In this document: piece after piece, positions 12,270 to 25,737 of the stretch
Layout: each line of letters opens with the position of its first letter
How positions within the stretch are numbered: position 1 is the first letter of the stretch
Assembly (NCBI GenBank): GCA_038087875.1
Contig: JAXLNO010000098.1
Location: 1 to 64,000 of the forward strand
Direction of reading: 5' to 3'
Source of the DNA: Malacoraja senta
Taxonomy: Eukaryota
Length of the DNA stretch: 64,000 bases
Translations under genes and position numbers: made by a program
The notes under the pieces: generated by a model
What the model was told of the DNA's origin: nothing
Databases searched by the model: none
What the model saw: only the letters and a program-made list of their open reading frames with translations

Positions 12270-12912
12270 CAATGGTCCTGTATGCACAGGAAACCTGGAC
12301 AACATACCAACGCCATCTGAAAACACTTGAAAAGTTCCATCAACGATGTCTTCGAAGCAGCTTAAATATCAGTTGGGAAGACAGAAGAACCAACGTCAGC
12401 GTGCTGAATGAAGCAAAAACATCTAGCATCGAAGCCTTCGTCATCAAGAACCAACTAAGATGGGTCGGTCATGATGCTCGGATGGAAGACGAGCGTCTAC
12501 CAAAGCAAACCTTCTACTCCCAGCTTAAAGAAGGCAAACATAAACGAGGCTGACTAAAGAAGAGATTCAAAGACGCCTTAAAAGCCAGCATGAAGAAATG
12601 TGAAATCGACATCGACAATTGGGAAACCAACGCCAGGGGCAGGAAACTTAAACGAACCGTCATCCAAGAAGGAAAGTGGATGAGATGCCAACAGATGCAT
12701 CTCTTTGAAGCCAAGAGATGTGCAGAATTAGAAGAAAAGAGAAGAAAACTGAAAGAGAGGCAGCAACAACCAAAGCCCGATCTGCCATCTGGAATTACCT
12801 GTCCTGAATGTCGAAGAACTTTCAAAGCCAGGATTGGACTCATAAGCCACCTGAGTCCATAAAAACAACAGGACGTAGACCATCATCCTCGACCTCGAGG
12901 GATAGCCACGAC
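12270..12912 (+). mobile_element. RTE-clade LINE 3' fragment
   Basis: LYAQETWT..FHQRCLR..ISWEDRRTN..QLRWVGH..RLPKQ and C-terminal CPECRRTFKARIGLISHL. Confidence 0.85.
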
Positions 12913-13021
12913 TTCCTGGTTTACCCCTACTGGTCTTGTCTTATCTCTCCTCCTCACCCCCTATCTTTGCATCTACATCTCCTTTAAAGGCAAAATTTTT
13001 AATAAAAAACAACTTGTGCCA

Positions 13022-13296
13022 AGGGTGGCACAGCAATAGAGTTGCTGTCTCTCAGCGCCAGAGACCCAGGTTTGATCCAGACTATGGGTGCTGTCTGTAC
13101 GGAGTTTGTACGTTCTCCCCGTGACCGCCTGGATTTCCTCCCGTAGTCCATAGATATACAAGTTTGTAGGTTATTCAGCTTGGTATAATTGTAAATTGTC
13201 CCGAGTGTGTAGGATTGTGTTGGTGCATAGGGAAAATCGTTGGTCAGCGTGGACGTGGTGGGCCGAAGGGCCTGTTTCTGCACTGTGTCTCTAAAC
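13022..13296 (+). mobile_element. tRNA-derived V-SINE (HE1-like)
   Basis: Pol III A/B-box-like head (GGTGGCACAGC..GGTTTGATCC), core GGAGTTTGTACGTTCTCCCCGTGAC, CR1-like tail GGGCCGAAGGGCCTGTTTC. Confidence 0.8.
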
Positions 13297-13558
13297 AGAA
13301 CCTTTGGGGCACAGCCAGCAGAGGGAGCAGTTCACCAAACTGAGTTTTCACACTCACGTGCTGAAAATATTCAGCAGATCAAAAACATAACCCGAAGAGA
13401 GGAAGAGTTAATATTTTGTGTTGACATTTTAACATAATTTGAAGTTAGAGACCCAACCGACTTTGAGCAGGTACGGTGCAAGCATTGAAAGTTCCTGCAG
13501 CAATGAAGAGGCAAATCTTTCTACAAATCCCTGCACCTGGAGGAGTCCAGAAATTACA

Positions 13559-13948
13559 ACCTGTCCCACTGTACGAGGTAATTCAAGAGTTCTCCCGAGT
13601 TTCCCCAGATTCGAACTCGGAGAATTACGGTAATAGCCGCTCGTAGGTACTCGGGGCTCTCGTGGACATTTTTCAACATGTTGAAAAACCTTCACGAGTC
13701 TTCCCGAGCTTACCGCGTTTCCCCGAGTACCTGCCATTAGCGTTACGAGCCGCAAACAGACGTCCCGAGCTCCGACGTACCCGCTATGTACAGTCTACAT
13801 GCTTACCACGAGTTTGATTTTTTTTTTTTTTAAACTCGGGAGAGCTCTGAATTACCTCGTACAGTGGGACAGGTCCTTAATTCTCCGAGTTTGAATCAGG
13901 GGAAACTCGGGAGAACTCTTGAATTAGCTCGTACAGTGGGACAGGCCC
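13559..13948. mobile_element. Harbinger/PIF-like MITE plus an extra inverted terminal fragment
   Basis: TIR CCTGTCCCACTGTACGAGGTAATTC at ~13560 and its reverse complement ending ~13873; second copy ending GTGGGACAGGCCC at ~13948. Confidence 0.7.
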
Positions 13949-14739
13949 TTTAGAACAACATTTACAAGACATTCGGGCAGGTTGATGGAGAGGAAAGGTT
14001 TAGAGAGACGAGGGCCAAATGTGGGCAGATGGGACTGACATAAGATGGGGTAGACAAAATGTGTAGGAAGGAACTGCAGATGCTGGTCATACACAAAAAA
14101 GAGAAAAGATGCTGGAGTAACTCAGCAGGACAAGCAGCATCTCTGGAGAAAAGGAACAGGTGATGTTTCAGGTCAAGACCCTTCTCCAGAGACATCGTCC
14201 ATTTTGCTGAGTTACTCCAGCTTTTTGTGTCGATCTTGGGTTTAAACCAGCATCTGCAGTTCCTTCCTGCACAGGCATCTCAGGAGAACATTCAAGTTGG
14301 GACCTTTCTTCAGTCTGAAGAAAGAGGGAAGAAGGAAATGAAAGCAAAACACACCAACTCAAGTGACAACGTACTTTATTTCAACAATGCAAGTCAATGA
14401 TAAAAAAAAGTGTAACTAAATCAGTTAGAATTTATCCCCCCCCCCCCCCATACATTCACCATGATTTGTAAAACCAACTTTGTGTTCCAGTTACGTGGTT
14501 CAGCCTGGAAGATTATAAGGAAACCTTGCTGTTTATCAGCATTCATCTCACTGCCATTCTGCAGAGTCACGTCTTCAGTCTATAACAGCGACCCTAGAGT
14601 AGCAGGAAAATGGGGATTAGAAACCGCACTTTATCCCAGTGTTCCAATAAAATTCCATCCCGTGACATTTTTCCCCCCATCTTCTCTACCCGCCCTACAA
14701 AAAAAGATTATCCACAAAGCAGCCTTAACTGGACACACA

Positions 14740-15005
14740 ATCGGGTAGCGCAGCGCCAGAGACCCGGGTTCCATCCCGACTACATGCTTGTCTGTACGGA
14801 GTTTGTACGTTCTCCCCGTGAATTTTCTCCAGGATCTCCAGTTTCCTCCCACGCTCCAATGACGCACAGGTTTGTAGGTTAATTGGCTTGGTATGAATGT
14901 AAATTGTCTCAAGTCTGTGGTATAGAACTAGCCTACGGGGATCACTGGTCGGCACGGACTCGGTGGGCTGAAGGGCCTGTTTCCGCGCTGTATCTCTAAA
15001 CTAAA
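14740..15005 (+). mobile_element. V-SINE (HE1-like)
   Basis: Same head/core/tail as 13022-13296, ending CTCTAAACTAAA. Confidence 0.8.
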
Positions 15006-17407
15006 CCATCTCCACCACACATTTTGAAATACCATTACCAGCAGCATGCTGCCACAGTTTGGATCATGTTGAATTACTTCTTGGAACTGAAGAGCAGTAA
15101 ACCTCCACTCTACAGCCAGAAGTAGCTTAAATTTCACCAAATGATTTAGCTGCAGTCCAGGGATTACACTTCCAAATCTTCCGGCTAAGATTTTCAAGGC
15201 ACAAGGAAAATGATATTTAACCTATATGGACTTTTCCACAAGACCATATGACAGGAGCAGAATTAGGCCAATTGGCCCATTGAGTATTCTCCACCATTTG
15301 GTCATGGCCTATCTATTTTCCCTCTACAACCCATTCTCCCATCTTCTCCCCATAATCTTTAATGCACTTACTAGTCAGGGACCAATCTCTGCTTTAAAAA
15401 TACCCAATGACTTGCCCTCCACAGTTGTTTACAGATAAATTCCAGAGATTCATTGCCCTCTGGCTAAAGAAAATCCACCTTAGCTCCACTTTGGAGCTGG
15501 TTTTGTAACAGAGGTAACCCATTATTTCAGTAATGACGCACCTTCAACGACCATTAACAAAACTCACGTTAAAAGCCACGACCATCACAAGGCCGAGAAC
15601 CAGGAATTACTTCAACTACTCAACCAGGATTAGCTTTAGAACAAGTCAAGAAGTTTTGCACAACATACTATGATCATACTGTTGGTAGATAAAAATGTTG
15701 GAGAAACTCAGCGGGTGAGGCAGCATCTACAGAGCAAAGGAAAACACAACGTTTCGGGTCGAGGCCCCGACCACGGGTGAACATTGGGGAACATCGACGA
15801 GGAGATTGACTGGACTTTGGTTCCTTCCCTCACAGTGGGGAACGTTGGTGCTGCTGTGGGGATGTGTGTGTTGTGGACTACTGTTCTTTGTTTTGTGTTT
15901 TTTTTTAAATTTTAGTTTTTTTTTTGTATGACTAAGGGAAAAAAAATTGTTGTCTCTTCATTGAAGACAATGACAATATCAAATCATTTTTATCTACCTT
16001 TGATTTTTCCAGCATCTGCAGTTCCTTCTTAAACATGAACACACTGTAAATCATAGCGGCAAAATTCGGCCCCATCAAGTCTACTCTGCCATTCAATCAT
16101 GGCTGATCTATCTTTCCCTCTGAACCTCACTCTCCTGCCTTCGCCCCCATAACCCCTGACACCCATACTAACCTCCTCCAGCATCTGTTAAGAAAAATCA
16201 TGTATCATTTCAGCCCGTCCCCTCCATCCCAAGATAGCCCAAATCTACCGGCTGCACTCACTAACCACCCAAATACCAAAAGAATCCGGTTACAGAGAAG
16301 GCTCCCGAACTTCCGATGACTCTCCTCCCCCATCTCCAATTTTCCCCATCATCTCCCCTCGCCCCACCTACAAGGACCAACTTACCCACCAGCACGTCTT
16401 TAAGATGTGGGAGGAAACCAGAGGACCCAGGCGGTCAGGGGAGAACTCCACACAAGACAGTGCACAAGGGCAGGATCAAGATCAAGCGAGGTAGCAGCTC
16501 GACCAGCTGAACGGCAGTTAAGAGAATTAGAAAAATCCAATTCATTTTCAGATTTCAATAACTGAAATATTTAAGTTTCAAAGGAAACTGCTAACGTGCA
16601 GATTCTTTAAATAGCAAAATGTAACTTTGCAGGAATGTGGATTAAGCTCACAAGTTCTACCAGCAGAATTAGGCCATTCGGCCCATCAGGTCTACTACCA
16701 CATTCAATCATGGCTTTCCCTCTCAACCCCACTCTCCTGCCTTCTCCCCAAAACCCCCAACACCCGTACTAATCAAGAAACTGTCAATCTCCACCTTAAC
16801 GATATCCATTGACTTGGCCTCCACAGCCACCTGTGGCAATGAATTCCACAGATTCACCACCCTCGAATTACAGAAATTCCTCCTCATCTCCTTTGCTAAC
16901 GGAATTAAGGGATAGGGGGAGAAAGCAGGAACAGGGTACTGATCAGCCATGATCATATTGAATGGTGGTGCTGGCTCGAAGGGCTGAATGGCCTACTCCT
17001 GCACCTATTTTCTATATTTCTCTGTTGATAAAGGTATGTCCTTTTATTCTGAGGCTATGACCTTCAGTCCTAGACTCCTGCACCAGTGGAAACATCCTCT
17101 CCACATCCTTCTTATCCAGGCTATTCAGTATTCGGTAAGTATCAATGAGGTGCCTCACACCCCCCCCCCCCCCCCCCCCCCCACCAATCTGCTAAACTCA
17201 AGCGAATACAGGCCTGGGGCAGAAGATTGAAAGTGGAATACGAAGGATTAAAAGTGCATTATATGCTGTGTATACAATTGAGATTTCTCTTAAACCATTT
17301 TGAGATTATTTTCCCGGACCTCCGACTTGGAGCTTCCCAACACAAAACCCCAAAGTACACCAGCAACAAACGGGAAAAAGCATACACTTACATCTTGGAC
17401 TTTGCGT

Positions 17408-17594
17408 TTAGTGCTCATATACTGGAGCTTGAGATGCAGCAACGATTTCTTGATAATGTGTTTGTTCAGATGACTGCGGGGCAGCCGGCTTAAGTCCTTC
17501 TTTTCGGAGAACATCAGCAAAGCCTATGTTTTTCTGATGGGTGATGTAGGTCCTTGGAACGGGCTGCTGTTCCATGGCCAGGGTCTCCTTCAGG
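17408..17594 (-). pseudogene. UPK3A-like: Uroplakin-3-like last coding exon (cytoplasmic tail)
   Basis: Acceptor TTCTAG; reads LKETLAMEQQPVPRTYITHQ...APVYEH*; phase matches the TM exon; YxTH resembles UPK3 tails. Confidence 0.65.
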
Positions 17595-18149
17595 CTAGAA
17601 GTTAAAGCAGAGTGCCAGCATGAGGAGCACTTGTATTACATGCATGGTTTGAATGACCACGGAGGTCACAACTAGTTTCCATCCGACGGCTAATCTTCAG
17701 AAGAGCAGCACTCCCCCTGACCTACAGTTACTGTTACACTTTGCAGAAATTTTACTGAGCACTAAATCAACTTTTGAAACAAAGTTTAAAAGTTTCGGGC
17801 GACGCAGCAGTGGATTTGCTGCCTTGAAGCGCCAGAGACCAGGGTTCGATCCTGACTACGGGCGCTGTCTGTATGAAGTTTGTACGTTCTCCCTGTGACC
17901 ATGTGGGTTTTCTCCAGGTGCTCTATCCAGGCCTTTCACTATTCGGTGAGTTTCAATGAAGGCCCCCCCCCCCCCCCATCCTTCTAAACTCTTACTGACA
18001 ACCAATGATAACCAGAGTTATTCACTCGCAGTTTTATCAAAAATACACATATTTACTAAAAAGGTAACCAAAAAGCAAGTAATTGAACCAAAAATAACTA
18101 AAAAGTGCAAACTCTCCATATTATCTTTCAGAAAAGGCTTGGGATTTTA

Positions 18150-18740
18150 AATGGCACAGATGAGTATAGAAGTTGGGAGGTCATGTTGCAGTTGTATAAG
18201 ACGTTGGTGAGGCCGCATTTAGAGTATTGTGTTCAGTTCTGGGCCACCATGTTAAAGGAAAGACGGAAAGGGTGCAGAGAAGATTTACGAGGATGTTGCC
18301 AGGAGTAGAGGGTGTGAGCTATAGGGAGAGGTCGAGTAGCCTGGGTCTCTATTCCTTGGAACACAGGAGGATGAGGGGTGATCTTATAGAGGTGTATAAA
18401 ATCATGAGAGGAATAAATCGGGTAGATGCACAGAGTCTCTTGCCCAGAGTAGATGAATTGAGGACCTAGGTTCAAGGTGAAAAGATTCAATAGGAACCTG
18501 ACGGATAACTTTTTCACACAAAGGGTGGTGGGTGTATGGAACAAGTTGCCAGAGGAGGTAGTTGAGGCTGGGACTATCCCAACATTTAAGAAACAGTTGG
18601 ACAGGTACATGGATAGGACAGGTTTGCAGGGATATGGACCAAGCACAGGCAGGCAGGCGGGACTAGCGTAGATGGGACATTGTTGGCTAGTGTGGGCAAG
18701 TTGGGCCGAAGGGCTTGTTTCCACACTGTATCTCTCTACA
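18150..18740 (+). mobile_element. CR1-like 3' fragment in UPK3-like intron
   Basis: LYKTLVRPHLEYCVQFW, RRMRGDLIEVYKIM, FFTQRVVGVWNKLP. Confidence 0.85.
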
Positions 18741-18783
18741 GCATATCAATTAAGACACTTGTGCCCCATTCTACAATACTCAC

Positions 18784-18916
18784 CAACAGGCATAAACCAG
18801 CAAAGCAACAAAGCCACACAGGAGAAGAAAGAGACGGATAACAAGGATAGTTGTGATCACCACCATTCCCCCTGTCCTCGCTCCAGGCCAGGTATCAATG
18901 TTGGCAAAGTCAGCGA
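18784..18916 (-). pseudogene. UPK3A-like: Uroplakin-3-like transmembrane exon (133 nt)
   Basis: AG/GT bounded; VADFANIDTWPGARTGGMVVITTILVIRLFLLLCGFVALLVYAC matches the UPK3 signature IDTWPGRRSGGMIVITSIL. Confidence 0.9.
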
Positions 18917-19399
18917 CTGCAGACAAGAAAGGGTTAAATTAGACAACACTTACTAAGAGTGGTCAATGGAACACAGAACAAGTCCAGCACAAGAACAGGC
19001 CATTCAGCCCACCATGTCTGCACTGAACATGACACCAAGACAAACTCTCGCCCGCCTGCACATACTCCGTACCCAAAGATAGACACAAAAAGCTGGAGTA
19101 ACTCAGCGGGACAGGCAGCATCTCTGGAGAGAAGGAATGGGCGACGTTTCGGGGCGAGACCCCTCTTAGGTCTGAAACCCAAAACGTCACCCATTCCTAC
19201 TCTCCAGAGATGCTGCCTGTCCTGCTGAGTTACTCCAGCTCTTTGTGTCTATCTTTGGTTTAACCCAGCATCTGCAGTTCCTTCCTACACTAATCCATAT
19301 CGCTACCCCAAAAGTCTATTAAATGCCACAATCATATCTGCCTCCACCACCACCCCTGGCAGTGCACTCCAGGCATTTTAGTAGAGAGTTTATAAGGAT

Positions 19400-19985
19400 G
19401 ACAATAATAGACTATAGGTGCAGGAGTAGGCCATTCAGCCCTTCGAGCCAGCACCGCCATTCACTGTGATCATGGCTGATCATCCACCCAGTACCCTGTT
19501 CTTGCCTTCTCCCCATATCCCTTGACTCCGCTATCTTTAAGTGCTCTATCTAACTCTTTCTTGAAAGTACCCAAGAATCGGCCTCCACTGTTTTCTGAGG
19601 CAGAGAATTCCACAGATTGAACCTCATTGAAACTTACTGAATAGAGAAGGGCCTGGATAGAGTGGATGTGGAGAGGATGTTTCCACTAGTGGGAGAGTCT
19701 AGGACCAGAGGCCATAGCCTCAGAATGAAAGTACGTTCCTTTAGGAAGGAGATGAGGGAATTTATTTAGTCGGAAGGTGTTGAATCTGTGGAATTCTTTG
19801 CCACAGAAGGCTGTGGAGGCCATCAATTGATATTTTTACAGCAGAGATAGATTGATTCTTGATTAATACGGGTGTCAGGGGTTATGGGGAGAAGGCAGGA
19901 GAATGGGGTTAGGAGGGAGAGATAGATCAGCCATGATTGAATGGCGGAGTAGCCTTGATGGGACAATTGGCCTCACTTACGAACC
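19400..19985. mobile_element. Two CR1 3' fragments in opposite orientation
   Basis: Minus-strand tail ~19405-19620 abuts a plus-strand fragment ~19620-19980. Confidence 0.7.
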
Positions 19986-21996
19986 TATGAAGTGGAATAG
20001 TTATGGGAAACAGGCCTACAGATCCTGGATAAAAAGAGGGCATCAAAAATAAGAACAATGGGAATGTAAAGCCCCACAAAAAAAACGGCGAAAATTATGG
20101 GTGCTGCAGGGATATCAAAAACGGTCTGCTTGCGGAAGGTGGCCTTTCAAAAAGGGGCAGCAAAATAAAGTCCTCACTATTGTTATTAGTAGCAGAAATT
20201 AGGAACTGCAGATGGTGCTTAATAGCAAAGATAGTTCTGGACTGACCCAGCGGGTCAGGCAGTATCTGTGTGTAGGAAGGAACTGCAGATGCTGGTTTAA
20301 TCCAAAGACAGACACAAAAAGCTGGAGTAACTCAGCAGGACAGGCAGGGTCTCTGGAGAAAAAGGGAACAGGTGACGTTTCGGGTCGAGACCCTGTCAGG
20401 CGCTGCCCGGCCCGTCGAGTTAGTCCAGCACTTTGCGTCTATTCTCTCTATTATGATTTAGCTTACAAATAAAGATTTCAGCTGCCCTTCTCCAACTTGG
20501 TGCAATGCTAGCAAGGCAAATATTTCAGAGTTTGCACTCAACTTTTCTCCTTAAAAAAAAAAGCGACTCTATTTCAACACTTTAGCACATGGTAAAATTT
20601 AAAAGCAGTTACAACAAACTTCAAAGCTTGTCGAATAAAACATGCATCCACGTAAATATTGGGTTATTCTGGCATTAGAATTATCACAGGGTATGAAGAC
20701 ATATCTTAATTTTCAAAATTATTTCCACAAAGGTGAACATTTAAAGAGTTATGTGTCATTGTGAACTGGAGCCACAACACTGCCAGGATACACCGTTTTC
20801 ACACAAATGGTACAGTGGTAGAGTTGCTGCCTAATGGCTCCAGAGGCTGGGGCTCGATCCTGACTACGGGTACTGTCTGTGCGGAGGTAGACAAAAGTGT
20901 TGGAGAAACTCAGCGGGTGTAGCAGCATCTATGGAGCGAAGGAAATAGGCAACGTTTCAGCGCGGAAACCCTTCTTCAAACTGAGAATGATCGTTGGTCA
21001 GCACAGACTCGAAGGGCCTGTTTCCTTGCTGTATCGATAAACAAACATCACAGCCTTTGCAGTGCTTAAGCAAACGTCAGAAATCAAAATATTTCAGGGG
21101 AAGCCTCTGCATGAATCAAGGGGGAGAATTCAGACAATATCCCTCTGCCATCCAACAGATCAGTCATCCCTGTCCAGGAAGGGTGAGGAGGCTTTGGAGA
21201 GAGTGTAGAAGAGGTTTACCAGAATGCTGCCTAGATTAGAGGGTCTTAGCTGTAAGGAGGAGTTGGACAAACATTGTTTACTCTGGAGTGTAGGAGGCCG
21301 AGGAGAGACCTAATAGAAATATATCAATCAGTGGAGGGGGGAAATGATTTGAAGAAGAGTATCAACCCGAAACGTCGCCCATTCCTTCTCTCCGGAGATG
21401 CTGCCTCACCCGCTGAGTTACTCCAGCATTTTGTGTCTACCTTATATCAATCAGTAGTGGCATAGACAATCAGAACCTTTTCCCTTTAGACTGGAAATGT
21501 TAATGAGAGGAAATAGCTTTAAAGAGAGGGGGACAGAGTTTAAAGGAGATGTACAGGGCAATGTTTTAAGCTACTCAGAGAATGATGGGTGCTTGGAACA
21601 TGCTGCCAAGGGTGGTGGTGGAGGCAGATATGATAATGTAGCGACGCCTGCTGGCGCACGCAGCTATCGAACCAGCGTGATCAGACGTGTTTGCAGAGAC
21701 CTGTATGCCAAGGAGTGATTGTCTTAATAAAGCAGTTCAGAAAACTTGGTTATCGTCTTTGCATCCGCCAAAATAGTGGCATTTAAGAGGTTTTTAGACA
21801 AGCACATGAATATGCAGGGAATAAATCACATCCAAGTAGGAGATGAGTTTAACTTGGCATCATGTTCGGCACAGACATGTGGGCAGAAAGGCACGTGGCT
21901 GTACTGATCCACGTTGAAAGATGATTAAAATACAAAGTGACCAGGTCACGGTATTGAACGCTGAACGGAAGCAGATGCACATTGACGTCCACTCAC

Positions 21997-22079
21997 CTCG
22001 TCAGAGGGGGATGGGATCGGACCAGAGCGTTTCATTTATAATGGTGTTTGTGGAGGTGTTCCGCACAGCGTACTTGAAC
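21997..22079 (-). pseudogene. UPK3A-like: Uroplakin-3-like exon (83 nt) with in-frame TGA
   Basis: CAG/GTGAGT bounded; RFKYAVRNTSTNTIINETLWSDPIPL*R versus recalled human UPK3A RFKYVLVNMSTGLVEDQTLWSDPIRTNQ; stop at 22001-22003. Confidence 0.9.
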
Positions 22080-22145
22080 CTGCGGTGTTACAACACATGG
22101 ACGTTAGGGCAAGTGCAGGACAATAAACAACTCCACCAACTTAGA

Positions 22146-22420
22146 GGGGCGCAGCGGCAGAGTTGCTGCCTCACACAGCACCCGAGACCCCGGGTTCGAT
22201 CCCGACTGTCTGTACGGAGTTTGCACCTTCTCCCCGTCCTGCGTGGGTTTCTCCGAGATCTTCGTTTTCCTCCCACACCCCAAAGACGTACAGGTTTGTA
22301 GGCTGTATACCTGGTATAAGTGTAAATTGTCCCTGGTGTGTGATGAGGCGTGTGTTAATGTGCGGGGATGGCTGGTCGATGCGGACTCGGTGGGCTGAAG
22401 GCCCTGTTACTGCGCTGTAT
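22146..22420 (+). mobile_element. V-SINE (HE1-like)
   Basis: Head GGCGCAGCGGCAGAGTTGCTGCCTCAC..GGTTCGATCCCG, conserved core and tail. Confidence 0.8.
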
Positions 22421-23907
22421 GATGTGTTACCCCAAGACAATATGAGGGCCATAGACCCGTACCCTTCGGTTTCGGCCCGAAACGTTGCCTATTTCCTTCG
22501 CTCCATAGATGCTGCTGCACCCGCTGAGTTTCTCCAGCACTTTTGTCCACCCAAGAGCCACTACATGGAGGTTAGACACAAAATGCTGGTGTAACTCCGC
22601 GGGACAGGTGCTGAGAGAGAAGGAATGGGTGACACTTTGGGTCGAGACCCTTCTTCAGACTTTCACTCCTCTCCAGAGGATGCTGCCTGTCACGCTGAGT
22701 TACCCCAGCATTTTGCGTCTACCTTCAGTGTAAAGCAGCATCTGCAGTTCCTTCCTGCATTACACAAAGGGATTCCCTTAAAAACCAAGTTGGCTCTAAT
22801 CTACATCCATAACTGGTCCTATGTGATATTTTTCACAAAATGTATCCCTCTGAAATGGTTTGGGCTAACTGATAAGTTCAGAAGTTCCAGGAGCAGAATT
22901 AGGCCATTCGGTCCATCAAGTCGACTCCGCCATTCAATCATGGCTAATCTATCTTTCCCTCTCAAACCCAATCTCCTGCTTTCTGCCGATAACCCCCGAC
23001 ACCCGTGCTAATCAAGAATCTGTCTATCTCCACCTTAAAAATACCCATTGACTTGGCCTCCACAGCCTTCTGTGGCAATTAATTCCACAGATTCTCCACC
23101 CTCTGACTAAAGAAATTTCTTCTCATCTCCTTTCTAAAACGTACTTCATTTTATTCTGAGGCTGTGGCCTCTGGTCCTAGATTCTGCCACTAGATTCTCG
23201 ATTAGTACGGGTGTCAGTACTACTGGGGAGAAGGCAGGAACGGGGTACTGATTGGGGATGATCAGCCATGATCACATTGAATGGTGTTGGCTCGAAGGGC
23301 CAAATGGCCTACTCCTGCACCTATTGCCTATTGTCTGTTGTCAGGGATTATGGAGAGAAGGCAGGAGAATGGGATTAGGAGGGAGAGACAGATCAGCCAT
23401 GATTGAATGGCAAAGTAGAATTGATGGGCTAAATGGCCTAATTCTGCTTCTATCACTAATGACTTTGTGGAAACATCCTCTCCACATCCACTCTTTCCAG
23501 GCCTTTCACCATTCGTTAAGTTTCAATGAGGTCCCACCTCACCCATTTAAACTCTGTAGAAAAATGCCTGGAATGCACTGCCAGGGGTGGAGGTAGACAT
23601 GATAGCAGCATTTAATATACTTTTGGGTAGTCAAATGGGTGTGGATTATGTGCAGGCAGGCAAGAGTTTGTCTCGGCATCATTGTGGGCTGAAGGGCCTG
23701 TTCTTGTGCTGTACTGTTCTATGTTCCATGTTCTGGCAACACGGTCTCCCAATATCCATTTAACCTCCGTAAAAGCCAAATTGCCTTTGGTGCGAATCAA
23801 GCCTCCAGCACGTTGAGTTATTGGCCACCAATATATTTCCAGCATTACCTCAGACGCTCGTTTCAACTTTACAAAATTAATCTGTCGATAAAATTCAATT
23901 GCCTTAC

Positions 23908-24172
23908 CTGTAAGCTACATTCTCTTTAAGTGGTGCGTTACAGTTCTCCGAGACAGGGGGCACTTGGTTCAAACACTGAACATCGTCCCCAACTCTGAAG
24001 ATATATTGTTCGATTTGTTCACGGATCACCACAGGGTCCCGGCTCGGCACGAAGGGCAATGATGTACAAATGGGAATCCCAAAGCTCGCAGCTCGGTACG
24101 GCCCAATTGCACCCCCTCTGGTTTGTTGGTAAGACAATATGATGGACGTGTTGCCGATTTTATTTGGGAGTG
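23908..24172 (-). pseudogene. UPK3A-like: Uroplakin-3-like ectodomain exon (265 nt)
   Basis: Polypyrimidine-CAG acceptor, GTAAG donor; SYQQTRGGAIGPYRAASFGIPICTSLP..YIFRVGDDVQCL..NCNAPLKENVAYR aligns by eye with UPK3A QTEGGRTGPYKAVAF..RVGANGTCL..CNAPLSAATEYR. Confidence 0.9.
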
Positions 24173-24473
24173 CTGAAAAAAAATAAAAAAATTCCACCGT
24201 CAGTTCAACTGCTTTAGGTCATTAAAATAGTTAGATATCCTCAAGTGGGATCAATCTTGGATACAATTTACGCAAAGCCAAATGGGAGCAAACTTAAGAA
24301 GCGCTTTGAGGCCCAGTGTCTTCACTAGCCTCAGGCAGCAGATAAATACAGGCCTTGACTTCAAGTGGAAATAGATGCTGTTACTTACAAAGAGAGAGAG
24401 AGAGAGAAAACATTTCACTGCAGATAAGTTCACAAGTGATCGGGCAGAATTAGGCCATGCAGCACATCAATAA

Positions 24474-24787
24474 TGGCAGCACGGTGGCACAGCGGTAGAG
24501 TTGCTGCCTCACAGCGCGTGGAGAGCCAGAGACCCGGGTTCGATCCCGACTACGGGCGCTGTCTGTACGGACTTTGTACGTTCTTTCCGTGACCACGTGG
24601 GTTTTCTCTGAGATTTTTGGTTTCCTCCCACACTCCAAAGACGTACAGGCTTGTAAGTTAATTGGCTTGGTATAAGTGTAAATTGTCCCTAGTGTGTGTG
24701 TAGGATAGTGTTAATGTGCAAGGATCACTGGTCGGTGCGGACTTGGTGGGCAGAAGAGCCCGTTTCTGCGCTGTATCTCTAAACTAA
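24474..24787 (+). mobile_element. Full-length V-SINE (HE1-like)
   Basis: Complete tRNA-like head, core and tail; inserted into a CR1 tail. Confidence 0.85.
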
Positions 24788-25737
24788 AGTCTACTCCGCC
24801 ATTCAATCATGGCTGGTCTATCTCTCCCTCCCTCCTGACCCCATTCTCCTGCCTTCTCCCCATAACCCCTGACACCTGTACTAATCAAAAATCTACCTAT
24901 CTCTGCCTTAAAAATATCCACTGACTTGGCCGCTTAAAAATATGGAGTTTGTGTTTTGCTCAAGCAACAAAAATGCATTCTTTATGTAATAGGAAGGAAC
25001 TGCAGACGCTGGTTTATACCAAAGACAGCATTTGTGTCTTTCACTGGCAAGCCAGCATCTGCAGAGTTACTCCAGCATTTGTGTCTTTCACTGGCAAACC
25101 AGCATCTGCAAATCCTTGTTTCTTCTACTTACATGATGGTATCGGTGGTATTGTCTCAAGCTACAGATGCCGGTTTACAAAATGACACAAAGTGCTGGAA
25201 TGTTTCCAAGAAGGTGGAGACCAAGGTTGCCAAAAGCTGTTCATGTCACCTGATTAAGTAATTAGTGCTCGTTAAATCAAAGTTAATTTCTTTCAGCCAC
25301 ACTCCGTTTCAAACAACTATCCAATAATTGCAGCAGACGTCTAATGAAGGCATTAAACAACAATACTAGCAAAACACACAAAGTGCTGGTGTAATCAGCA
25401 AGTCAGGATGCTGCCTGGCCCACTGGGTTACTCCAGCACTTTGTGTCTTTTTGTAAACCAGCACCTGCAGTTCCCTTTGTCTCCAAACAACAGTACCCCA
25501 ACCCACTATCATGTGCAGCAATAGGAACAAGATGCTGGTTTACCAGGGAAATACACTAAATGCTGGAGTAAATCTCCATGTTGTGTCTCTCTCATATGAA
25601 AAACATCTGCCTTTATTTATATTGTACCTGCAACAATTAATTTGGGAAGCCCTCAAACTCTTCAATGTTCAAATCTATCTGAAACGCAGCAAATGTGGGA
25701 ATCACTCTGCACACAGAATACTCTCACATACCAAGTA

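Noticed and set aside
13022..13100. tRNA gene
   Set aside because: The tRNA-like sequence is the head of a multicopy SINE.
14375..14380. Minus-strand AATAAA as the UPK3-like poly(A) signal
   Set aside because: About 3 kb past the stop and across several repeats; unsupported without transcript data.
22001..22003. TGA as selenocysteine or programmed readthrough
   Set aside because: The position does not align with a UPK3 cysteine, no SECIS was recognised, and the context is not UGA-CUAG; a CGA>TGA change is simpler.
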